A stretch of 63,979 nucleotides of DNA, counting the filler, from Thermoplasmatota archaeon (GTDB lineage: Archaea > Thermoplasmatota > E2 > JACPAO01 > JAHFTW01), in assembly GCA_041623215.1 (NCBI GenBank). It is 4 parts of 4 records of this genome, joined end to end, with 100 filler letters (N's around TTAATTAATTAA, not from the genome) between each part and the next. Parts side by side here need not be neighbours in the genome. Positions count along the whole stretch, not along the records: positions 41,129 to 61,376 come from JBFJXH010000020.1; positions 61,477 to 63,979 come from JBFJXH010000197.1; 2 more parts are not named here. The stretch is one strand, 5' to 3'. A program made the translations under genes and the position numbers. Below are positions 56,525 through 63,979 of the stretch, piece by piece; the first letter of the stretch is position 1, and each line of letters begins with the position of its first letter. Under the pieces are notes generated by a model that saw only the letters and a list, made by a program, of their open reading frames with translations, made no database searches and was not told the DNA's origin.

Positions 56525-58293
56525 GCTACGACCTCCTGGACGGGCGCGGGCGCCTTGACGACGTGCTTCAAATTGACGGCCGCGCCGCGCTTGAACACGC
56601 GCATTTCTTCGGCACTCATGGTGGCAATTCCGCAGGCGCGGACCTCGCCATTGTGCACCACGACAACCGTGTCGCCAATGCGCACGTCGTCGTCGCAATC
56701 GTCAACGCCAACGGCAAACAGGGTGCTGGTTTTGCTCGGCCAGAAGTCGCCAATGTGAACGCGCTTGACGCCACAGGCAGCGACCAATTCAGCCCCCTCC
56801 AGCGTGAGAGACAGAAGCCCCCGGTCCGTGACCATGCCGCGCTGCGAACCATCCGGCCCGAACAACTTGACAAAGGGGGCCTTGCCACGCGCGGACGCAT
56901 CCGCCACAAGCGCGGCTCCTGCTTCAGGGCCGAATTGGAAGGACGCCAGGGCGCGAAGATCGTCCAATTTGCGCGCCTTGGCACCAGCAAACCCGTCGCT
57001 TCGCCCCACATCCTCCTTCACGCGCGCCAATGCCGCCGCCAAATCTCGGCAGCCGGCGATGCTTTGAGGCGCACCTGCGACGTTGCTGTGATGCGCACCG
57101 TCAGGCAACAGGTCGCGGATGAAACTCCACGTGCTTGCGGGAACATGCGCGACGACGTGTTGGTAGTGGCCAGCATCCAGTAAGGCCGCCAATTGTTCAC
57201 GGATGACTTCCTCTTCGTCCAGCATCCAGCGACCGGTGACCGGGACATCGTACGAAGCGGCGGGCCAGGCATTTTCCAATTCGCGGGGCACCACGCCAAG
57301 CGGGCTAGTAATCATCACTTCGTGCACGCGGTGGCGAATGCCCGAATCATCTAGTGTGCGGGCAAAATAACGGTGCGATTTGCTGCGACCATACGGCTTG
57401 CGGGCACTACAGGGAAGCAGAACGAGAACGTCTGCCGGTGGCGGCGCATAGTCATCACGTACCCGGCGTCGGAAGGCTTCGACATCAGGGCGCCACAGGG
57501 CTTCCGGCGTCATGCAATCAACCGGACCGCCAAGGCGGGGCACGGCCATGTCAAAATGCTCGAAGTGCCGGTCGAAGCGCCGCAGCAATTCGATGCCGCC
57601 CGGTGCCGTGTAGGCACGGCGTTCGGCCAAGCTTCGCAGGCTGCCCGATGAAATGGCATGGCGAACGCGCCGCAATTCATCGCGCGCGGCCTCCAAGTTG
57701 AAGCGCGTCAGCGCCTCCACATCCTCCGGGTCAAGGCCCAAGACTTCGGTCACGGCGGCCCCCACCAGAACGCCGTCAGCGGTCCACGCTTCGCCCCGCG
57801 TTGCCGCCAACAAAAGTGGACTCGCATCGAACAGGTCCACGCCAAGACTCGCCCAAACGGCGTAGTCAGCCGGGGTGCCAAGCGCCGGAGCCCACAACAG
57901 ACGTGCAGGAGTCGCTTCGCGACGCGCCTTGGTCAGCGCGGTGACGGTACGGCCCGAGTGGGTTGCCCAGCCACCGGCATCATGCCAGACGGCTACGTCA
58001 TCGCCAATGGGCAGGACCTGGACGTCCGAGGTAGGAGACGGACAAACCGCCGGCACCACAAGCTCGGCACCCGATACATCACGCGGGTAGAACCATGTGC
58101 CTTCACTTACGAAGCGAACGCCGGCTCCTGCATCGGGACCCGCACCGAGGGTCACCTCGGCCCAATCGGGCACGCCAGCAGAAGTTTCCGGCACGATGAG
58201 CGACGGGGTGCGAAGCTCGCCTGCATCGGCCTGCCAACGGCAGACACGCGCCAAGCCCTCGCGGTGGACAATTTCGAGCACGGCTTCGCCCAC
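56521..58293 (-). CDS. arcS: Archaeosine synthase alpha subunit (TGT-like, DUF5591 and PUA domains)
   Basis: GVDLFD, LLPCSARKPY..SKSH, ITSPLGVVPRELE, YDVPVTG.W, C-terminal PUA-like domain. Confidence 0.9.
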   Translation of the reverse strand: MGEAVLEIVHREGLARVCRWQADAGELRTPSLIVPETSAGVPDWAEVTLGAGPDAGAGVRFVSEGTWFYPRDVSGAELVVPAVCPSPTSDVQVLPIGDDVAVWHDAGGWATHSGRTVTALTKARREATPARLLWAPALGTPADYAVWASLGVDLFDASPLLLAATRGEAWTADGVLVGAAVTEVLGLDPEDVEALTRFNLEAARDELRRVRHAISSGSLRSLAERRAYTAPGGIELLRRFDRHFEHFDMAVPRLGGPVDCMTPEALWRPDVEAFRRRVRDDYAPPPADVLVLLPCSARKPYGRSKSHRYFARTLDDSGIRHRVHEVMITSPLGVVPRELENAWPAASYDVPVTGRWMLDEEEVIREQLAALLDAGHYQHVVAHVPASTWSFIRDLLPDGAHHSNVAGAPQSIAGCRDLAAALARVKEDVGRSDGFAGAKARKLDDLRALASFQFGPEAGAALVADASARGKAPFVKLFGPDGSQRGMVTDRGLLSLTLEGAELVAACGVKRVHIGDFWPSKTSTLFAVGVDDCDDDVRIGDTVVVVHNGEVRACGIATMSAEEMRVFKRGAAVNLKHVVKAPAPVQEVVA

Positions 58294-58338
58294 GAAGTCC
58301 CCTCTTTAGGCGTTGGGGGCCGCCCCTGAAGGAGCACC

Positions 58339-59325
58339 TCAGTTCTTGGGGTGGTAGCCCTTGTGGCTGGAGCAGTATTTGCTGCCGTAGCGAGACTTGT
58401 TCTGGCAAGGCTTGCCAGCCTTCGTTTCCGCCTGGCACACGGGGCGCCCCTCAATCTCGTCCGGCACAGGGCCCTCGCGAGGTGCATCCACGGTTACTTC
58501 AGAGTGGGTCGGGCGGCCATCGGCCCGCTTGACGGTGCGAGTCGTGGTCGTGGTGCTGTGCCCAAGGCCATCGTTGCGTGTCACCGTGCGGGTGGTCTCC
58601 ACGACCACATCGTCCGTGTCCCCACGATACTCCTTGCGGATGACGTCGTCCACCAATTTCGGGGTGAACCGGCGGGGTTCCTTGACGCCGCGGTCCTTGA
58701 CATGGTAAACCGTGCGACCGCTGTCGTGCGTGGCCCGGGATACGTAGCCCCCGCGCGTTTCGTAGAACTTACCGTCATGGCCGCGGTGGTCCGGGCCGTG
58801 GTAGCGTCCGCACTCGCTGCACTTGTGCGCACCGGTGTGCCGTGTTGCCAGTTTGATGAGCTCACGGTGCCGAACTTCGCTGCTGCGAATCTTGTCCACC
58901 GGGCTTGATGCGCGGTAGCCAGGAATCTTGCTGCGGCCAAAGTGGTCGATTTCCCAGTGGATTTGGCCCATGGTAGCTGGGTGTCGTGGCCGCCATTCGC
59001 GGTCCACGACGTGGCGCTCCACAGAGGTGGATTCGCTTGCGGGCTCACCTTCCCACGTGATGCGCTTGATCTTGCTGGTGCCCCCAATTCCTTCCAATTC
59101 AATGGTGGCGCCCGAGCCATCGGTCGGCGCTGCGTCGGCGCCTGCACCATCCCACGCCTCAGGTTCTTCCGATACAGTAGTGGTCGTGGTGGTGGTCTTG
59201 GTGACCACGCTTTCATTGCTCGCCAACGGCGCAGGCTCGGCAGCCGGCGCGGCGGCTTCCGGTTCCTTGCGCGAACGCTTGCGGGCTTTCACGACGGCTT
59301 GGGTCTGCGCCAGGGGTTTGACCAT
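58339..59325 (-). CDS. Hypothetical basic protein with C-terminal CCCH (DUF5763-like) motif
   Basis: CQAETKAGKPCQN...YCSSH; internal HKCSECGRYHGPDH; TTTAAA about 30 nt upstream of ATG 59325. Confidence 0.7.
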   Translation of the reverse strand: MVKPLAQTQAVVKARKRSRKEPEAAAPAAEPAPLASNESVVTKTTTTTTTVSEEPEAWDGAGADAAPTDGSGATIELEGIGGTSKIKRITWEGEPASESTSVERHVVDREWRPRHPATMGQIHWEIDHFGRSKIPGYRASSPVDKIRSSEVRHRELIKLATRHTGAHKCSECGRYHGPDHRGHDGKFYETRGGYVSRATHDSGRTVYHVKDRGVKEPRRFTPKLVDDVIRKEYRGDTDDVVVETTRTVTRNDGLGHSTTTTTRTVKRADGRPTHSEVTVDAPREGPVPDEIEGRPVCQAETKAGKPCQNKSRYGSKYCSSHKGYHPKN

Positions 59326-59427
59326 GGGGCTCGAACGCCCACCCCTCACACGGTTTAAAGGGTGCATGGCACGGGCCAGGCTCACGGCCAGGCCAAACGC
59401 CATAAGGGACGAGGGTGACTTTCGTCT

Positions 59428-59958
59428 GTGCCCGAGGACGCCGACCTGGACGCTGCCGCACCCGCCACCCAGGCCCAAGGCGACGCCAGCGACATCGAAG
59501 TGGACACTTGGCTGCAAGCTGCCAAGGCGGTCCTGCTGGCTGAAGGGTTCAAGCGCGACCCTAAGCAGGCACGAAAACCGGGCCAAATGTGGGGCGTGAT
59601 TCGCCAGGAGCCCGATGACTTGCAATTGCACGTGCGCGCCTTCAAGGATGGTCGGCTGGAATCAGAGGTGGAATTGTCCAACAAGTACGTGCAACACTTG
59701 TGGTCCAAGCGCCGCAACGCCGCGCCGGAAGTCGCCGAGATTCTGGAGCGCGCCGGGCTCCCGACGATTTTCGTTTCCAAGGAGTTCTTGCCGCTCACGG
59801 GCGCCGCGGAAGACAAGCGGATGCCCACAGGGCGGACCCGGGTTCGCACCATGGTGCTGGCGGAAATCGCCGTCGGCATTGGCCTCATTGTTGGCCGTCA
59901 GTACCTCAAGCGCGCCGTGTTGCGGCGCATGCCAGGCGGCAAAGTCTTGCGCAAGTGA
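59428..59958 (+). CDS. Hypothetical protein with a C-terminal hydrophobic helix
   Basis: Natural-looking ORF (KPGQMWG, LHVRAFKDG.LESEVE) filling the gap before dtdA. Confidence 0.7.
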   Translation: MPEDADLDAAAPATQAQGDASDIEVDTWLQAAKAVLLAEGFKRDPKQARKPGQMWGVIRQEPDDLQLHVRAFKDGRLESEVELSNKYVQHLWSKRRNAAPEVAEILERAGLPTIFVSKEFLPLTGAAEDKRMPTGRTRVRTMVLAEIAVGIGLIVGRQYLKRAVLRRMPGGKVLRK

Positions 59959-59972
59959 GGTGATGGCACCTT

Positions 59973-60803
59973 GTGCGCGTCCTGGTGACTAGCCTGTCCG
60001 ACAACGCCAGCACCAACATTCGCGACCGCCTACTCGAGCAGGCAGCGTGGACAACACTAGACCATGTCACGTTTCGCGGACGACCTGTGCAGGAGCGGAT
60101 TGATGGTAGGACCGGTACGGCGGCCCGCATCGTGGAAGTAGATGGCCCTACCGTCACCGACGAAACGCTTACCGGCGACCTTGCGGCAACCGACTGGCCC
60201 ATCGAGGCGGTTTGGTTCCTAAGCCGCCACCGCGCCGCCAGTGGCGAACCTAGCCTGACCGTCCATCCCGTCGGCAACCCCACTGACCGCCACGACGTTG
60301 GTGGCCAACCGCGCACCTACGGCACCTGCGCCCCGCGCGACATGGGTGCTCTGCTGCGCCGACTGCAGGTTCACCGCGACGCGCTGAACCTCCCCCATGC
60401 CGTGACGTTCGAAGCGACCCACCACGGCCCCTTCATCCAGCAACCAGCCCTGTTCGTTGAGATTGGCAGCAACGAAGATTGGTACGATGACGTGCCCTCC
60501 GCCAACGCGCTGGCCGGAGCCGTCCTTGATGTTCTGGGCGGCGATGGCTTCATCGACGGGCCCGTCCAGGTTGGGTTGGGCGGTGGCCATTACGTCCCCC
60601 ACCAAACCCGCAAGGCGCTGGAAGGCGAAGCTGACTTTGGACACATGATTGCATCCTACGCCATTGAACCTGACGACCCCGAGCTTGTGGCAACCGTACA
60701 GGCGGCCCGGGACGCCACCCCCGGCTGCGACGGCCTCTACGTCCACAAGAAGGGACTCAAGGGCCCGCAGCGGCAAGCGCTTCGCGAGGCCGGGTTGCTG
60801 TGA
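59973..60803 (+). CDS. dtdA: D-aminoacyl-tRNA deacylase (archaeal DTD2)
   Basis: SRH..SG.PSLTVH..GN, FEATHHGP, FVEIGS, GGGHY. Confidence 0.93.
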   Translation: MRVLVTSLSDNASTNIRDRLLEQAAWTTLDHVTFRGRPVQERIDGRTGTAARIVEVDGPTVTDETLTGDLAATDWPIEAVWFLSRHRAASGEPSLTVHPVGNPTDRHDVGGQPRTYGTCAPRDMGALLRRLQVHRDALNLPHAVTFEATHHGPFIQQPALFVEIGSNEDWYDDVPSANALAGAVLDVLGGDGFIDGPVQVGLGGGHYVPHQTRKALEGEADFGHMIASYAIEPDDPELVATVQAARDATPGCDGLYVHKKGLKGPQRQALREAGLL

Positions 60804-60850
60804 CCGGCCCGCGCATGAAGCGTTAAACGGCGGCGCCATAGTTAGCGGCC

Positions 60851-61345
60851 ATGCACGCGTCGTTGCCCCGCCCCCTTACTACAGCTCTCGCGGTGGCCCT
60901 CCTGCTCTTCACCGCCATGCCCCTTGCAACGGCCGAGGATTACGGCATCATCCCGCAGGACGACGCCGGCAGCGGTCGCGATGCCCCTGACGCACCGTCC
61001 AAGGAGATTACCATCCAGCCCGGAATCGTTTACAGCGGAGCCGGCACGGGGCCGTTGACTGACAGCCGGGATTACTACCACTTCACAGGCACTGCGGGCC
61101 AACTGTTCCAGGGCTGGTCGGACGGCAACACCGGCTGCTACTACCTGCACAACGCTCAGGGAGAGGAGATGGACTTCGCGTGCTCGTACGGCGGCACGCC
61201 CATTAACACCGGCCCGTTGCAAGTGACGCTGCCGTATACAGGCGACTATTACTTCGTGGTTAGCCACGTGGCCGCGGGACTGTACGAATTCGCATTTGCG
61301 TTCGACGAGGCGCCGCCGGATGTCCGCACCCTGCGGGACGTCTAG
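60851..61345 (+). CDS. Small secreted protein (PPC-like beta-sandwich)
   Basis: Signal peptide, QDDAGSGRDAPD, D.RDYYHF, LPYTGDYYFVV. Confidence 0.7.
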   Translation: MHASLPRPLTTALAVALLLFTAMPLATAEDYGIIPQDDAGSGRDAPDAPSKEITIQPGIVYSGAGTGPLTDSRDYYHFTGTAGQLFQGWSDGNTGCYYLHNAQGEEMDFACSYGGTPINTGPLQVTLPYTGDYYFVVSHVAAGLYEFAFAFDEAPPDVRTLRDV

Positions 61346-61376
61346 GGCCGAATCTCGACCCCTGGTGCTTTCATCC

Positions 61377-61476
61377 NNNNNNNNNNNNNNNNNNNNNNNN
61401 NNNNNNNNNNNNNNNNNNNNTTAATTAATTAANNNNNNNNNNNNNNNNNNNNNNNNNNNNNNNNNNNNNNNNNNNN
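61377..61476. other. Artificial contig linker
   Basis: N44-TTAATTAATTAA-N44. Confidence 0.97.
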
Positions 61477-61617
61477 CGCCACGCCCAAACCAGCGCCGAA
61501 GTTACCGTGACCGAGGGGCCCACATCCCCCGACCAGGATACGCCTGCCCCAGTCACCGTGACGTTCTTGGCCATCGGTTTCGCCGCCTTGATTGCCACGG
61601 CCCTGCGGCGCCGCTAG
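61477..61617 (+). CDS. C-terminal fragment of a surface protein with a sorting-signal-like tail
   Basis: Own translation ...DQDTPAPVTVTFLAIGFAALIATALRRR*: short motif, TM helix, basic cluster. Confidence 0.7.
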   Translation, partial: RHAQTSAEVTVTEGPTSPDQDTPAPVTVTFLAIGFAALIATALRRR

Positions 61618-61724
61618 ACGCCGGCAATGTCAGCGGCGTCAGCCGCATGGCCAAGCGCCTTGCGAGGACGCTTGCTGTCGCGCGCAGAGTACGTCTTGAT
61701 AACCCACCTCGCCGTCCTCCAGTC

Positions 61725-62861
61725 GTGGCCTTCGACCCCGAAGATAACCTGTTCCTGCTTGCCGGGCCTGTCAAGATGCACCACCGGGTTCGCGCTGCGA
61801 TGTCAGCCCCCGCCTTGGCACATCGTTCGCCTGAGTTTGGCGCCGTGAACGAGCGCATCTTTGACCACTGCCGGACCTTGCTTGACACGAAGCACGTGGC
61901 AATCCTGGCAGGTTCGGGGACTGCCGGCATGGACGCCGCCGTATCCAACTTGGTCCATTGGGGCGATCGTGCCATTGGCCTAGACGGCGGTAAATTCGGC
62001 GAACGGATGGCGGACCTGGCGGCGCATTACGCCGGACCCGAGGCAGTACGCATCACGGCCCCCTGGGGCAAGGCGTTTGATTTGGATGCCATCGAGGCCG
62101 CGCTCGAGGAGGGCGCCTCAGCGGTGTGCTTCACGCTGAATGACACATCAACGGCGACCATGAATGATGGCCGCGCAATTGCCCACTTGTGCCGCAAGCA
62201 CGACGCGCTGTCGATTGCCGATACCATCACGGCCACAGGGGCCGTTCCCACACCCATGGACGATTGGAATCTGGACGTCGCCATTTTTGGTTCTCAGAAA
62301 TGCATCGGTGGCCCAGCGGGTCTGGCGTTCGTTGGGGTCAGCGAGCGGGCCTATGAACGCTTGGATTCGCCATCGTACTACCTCGACCTGAAGAAGCACA
62401 TTGACCGGGCCGAGAAGGACAATCAGACGCCGTTCACGGCCGCAGTGCCTCTGCATTTGGCCTGCGTCGAAGCGCTCGACCAGCTGATGGCCGAAGGACT
62501 TGAGGCGCGCTTCGCACGAACCAAGCAAATGGCCGCTGGGTGCCGAGCCGCCGTTGAGGCAACCGGCCTTGAATTGGCCGCCGATGCCGACGTACGAAGC
62601 GACACGGTCACGGCGGTACGCTACCCCGACGGTATCACGGATAGGGACATTCGGGGCCGCCTGAAGGAAGAGCTTGGGGTGGTCGTGGCGGGCGCCCAGG
62701 CCGACTGGAAGGGCAAGGTGTTCCGGATTGGCCACCTAGGCCAGGCGTCGTGGGCTGAGCTGGCGGCCGGATGGGCCGCGTTGGAAGTAGCCTTCAAGCG
62801 GGCAGGCCATCCGTTGCCCGCCGGCGCAGGCGTCGCAGCCCTGGTTGACGCCGTAGCGTAG
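61725..62861 (+). CDS. Class V PLP aminotransferase (alanine-glyoxylate/serine-pyruvate family)
   Basis: GPV, HRSPEF, GSGTAGM, GKFGER, GSQKCIGGP.GL, FRIGHLG. Confidence 0.92.
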   Translation: MAFDPEDNLFLLAGPVKMHHRVRAAMSAPALAHRSPEFGAVNERIFDHCRTLLDTKHVAILAGSGTAGMDAAVSNLVHWGDRAIGLDGGKFGERMADLAAHYAGPEAVRITAPWGKAFDLDAIEAALEEGASAVCFTLNDTSTATMNDGRAIAHLCRKHDALSIADTITATGAVPTPMDDWNLDVAIFGSQKCIGGPAGLAFVGVSERAYERLDSPSYYLDLKKHIDRAEKDNQTPFTAAVPLHLACVEALDQLMAEGLEARFARTKQMAAGCRAAVEATGLELAADADVRSDTVTAVRYPDGITDRDIRGRLKEELGVVVAGAQADWKGKVFRIGHLGQASWAELAAGWAALEVAFKRAGHPLPAGAGVAALVDAVA

Positions 62862-62953
62862 CACCCCTTGGCCAGGCCGCCAAGAGAGGCGTTGCAAGCG
62901 CCCCCAAGTGCGCGCCACCCATCGTAGCCCACGCGCTGTGGCGCTGCACTCAA

Positions 62954-63763
62954 GTGGCTAGCCCGCCATCATTGGCTGTGAAGCGTCTTGGCGCATTGGT
63001 CATTGGCGACGAGATTCTCGCAGGGCACGTCCATGAATCCAACACCCATTGGTTGGCCAAGCGGCTCCAAGGCATGGGAATCAAGTTGGCCCGCGTGGAG
63101 ATTTGCACCGATGACTTGCCGGATATCGTGGCATCCGTTCGCCGCTTCCTGCACGACCTGGACCTCGACTATGTCATTACCTCGGGAGGCCTCGGGCCGA
63201 CACCGGACGACCGCACCATGCAGGGCATCGCCGACGCCCTGGGTGCGAAGCTCGTCCTTTCAGAGGAGCGCCGCGCGTGGCTGACAACTCGTGTACGCGA
63301 GGGGCACCGGCGCGGATATTTTGACACGGCCGAGCCAAATGACGGCATTCTGAAGATGGGTTATCTTCCAGAGGGAGCAGACGCAATGCCGAACCTAGTG
63401 GGGACGGCGCTGGGCGCGATTGTCACGCACAACACGCCCAACCGGACGACGCGATTGTTCACGCTGCCAGGGGTGCCTGCCGAGTTCATGCGGATGTTCG
63501 ATGAGTGCATCGCCCCGACACTTGAGACGGCTGTTGCGGCCCACGTGGAGGAGCTGATTCTGTACACCGAGGAGTCCCGATTCTTTGGCGTTCTATCAAA
63601 GCTGGAGTCCGATTATCCATCCGTGGCCTTGGGCAGCTATCCTGAGACGGGGCACATTCGCTTTCGCGCCACAGGCCCGCAACGAGACGCCAAGGCGGTC
63701 ATTGACACGCTGCGCGAAGCAGGCCAGCCGTTCTTGTCCCCGCCTCCCGGCCGCCAGCGATGA
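62954..63763 (+). CDS. CinA N-terminal-like / molybdopterin-binding domain protein
   Basis: IGDEIL.G...N, SGGLGPTPDDRT, LPGVP.E, GSYP. Confidence 0.88.
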   Translation: MASPPSLAVKRLGALVIGDEILAGHVHESNTHWLAKRLQGMGIKLARVEICTDDLPDIVASVRRFLHDLDLDYVITSGGLGPTPDDRTMQGIADALGAKLVLSEERRAWLTTRVREGHRRGYFDTAEPNDGILKMGYLPEGADAMPNLVGTALGAIVTHNTPNRTTRLFTLPGVPAEFMRMFDECIAPTLETAVAAHVEELILYTEESRFFGVLSKLESDYPSVALGSYPETGHIRFRATGPQRDAKAVIDTLREAGQPFLSPPPGRQR

Positions 63764-63839
63764 GTCCCAATTGCCGGCAGGCTTAGCGGGCCGTTGACAC
63801 CGACCGCGACCATAGCGCGAGAAAACCCAGCTACTCGAA

Positions 63840-63979
63840 TCAACCAAGGTTGATGTCGTCCTGGTCGGGCGCCAGGAACGTATCGTACTCAGGTGTGGAG
63901 TCCTCGCTACCGCCAATGGTCGACTGCACAATGTGGTAAATCTCGTCGAGGCCATTACGGTCAATGCTACTCGCCGGCA
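63840..63979 (-). CDS. C-terminal fragment, probably a GPN-loop GTPase
   Basis: Own translation PASSIDRNGLDEIYHIVQSTIGGSED...INLG*, resembling the PxSs...GldElY...GGED end of archaeal GPN GTPases. Confidence 0.55.
   Translation of the reverse strand, partial: PASSIDRNGLDEIYHIVQSTIGGSEDSTPEYDTFLAPDQDDINLG

Noticed and set aside
63800..63835. GACCATAGCG...GAAAACCC resembling a 5S rRNA start
   Set aside because: The similarity stops after about 25 nt and the downstream sequence is explained by a minus-strand CDS end

Overview
High-GC archaeal DNA, most likely a Thermoplasmatota metagenome-assembled genome (inferred from aRF1, aIF-1A, RpoF, L21e, S17e, Pus10, ArcS/RaSEA, AglB, archaeal shikimate-route enzymes and several AGCL-lipobox proteins). 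The window is four separate contigs joined by artificial 100-nt linkers (N44-TTAATTAATTAA-N44) at 20554-20653, 41029-41128 and 61377-61476, so adjacency across these is not real. Contig 1: tRNA-Pro(TGG), dcd/dUTPase, YkgJ-like protein, small membrane protein plus tandem wHTH regulator, surface protein, DRG GTPase, galU, two CocE hydrolases, arginase, AglB, aminotransferase, presenilin, KH-Rio1-aIF1A and a truncated ThyX. Contig 2: aRF1, pyrH, pheS, an ACT regulator divergent from an aroA'-aroB'-aroDE-aroK-aroA-aroC-CM/tyrA-lysC-asd operon, then his genes. Contig 3: ltaE, NUDIX, RFC-L, a second membrane-protein/wHTH module, crcB, S17e, rib operon, the rsmA-rpoF-L21e-pus10-archaeosine cluster and dtdA. 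Contig 4: class V aminotransferase, CinA-like protein and two gene fragments. No mobile elements or CRISPR were seen. Best novelty candidates: (1) a 15-codon His-containing uORF embedded in a nested stem-loop directly upstream of hisG, suggesting attenuation-like control in an archaeon; (2) a ~142-nt closed multibranch RNA-like element after aglB; (3) a repeated small 3-TM protein + tandem wHTH + surface-protein module; (4) lumazine synthase and AroB' with long disordered extensions. Start codons were often moved downstream of the ORF-track starts and all product calls come from motif recognition by eye, not database searches.
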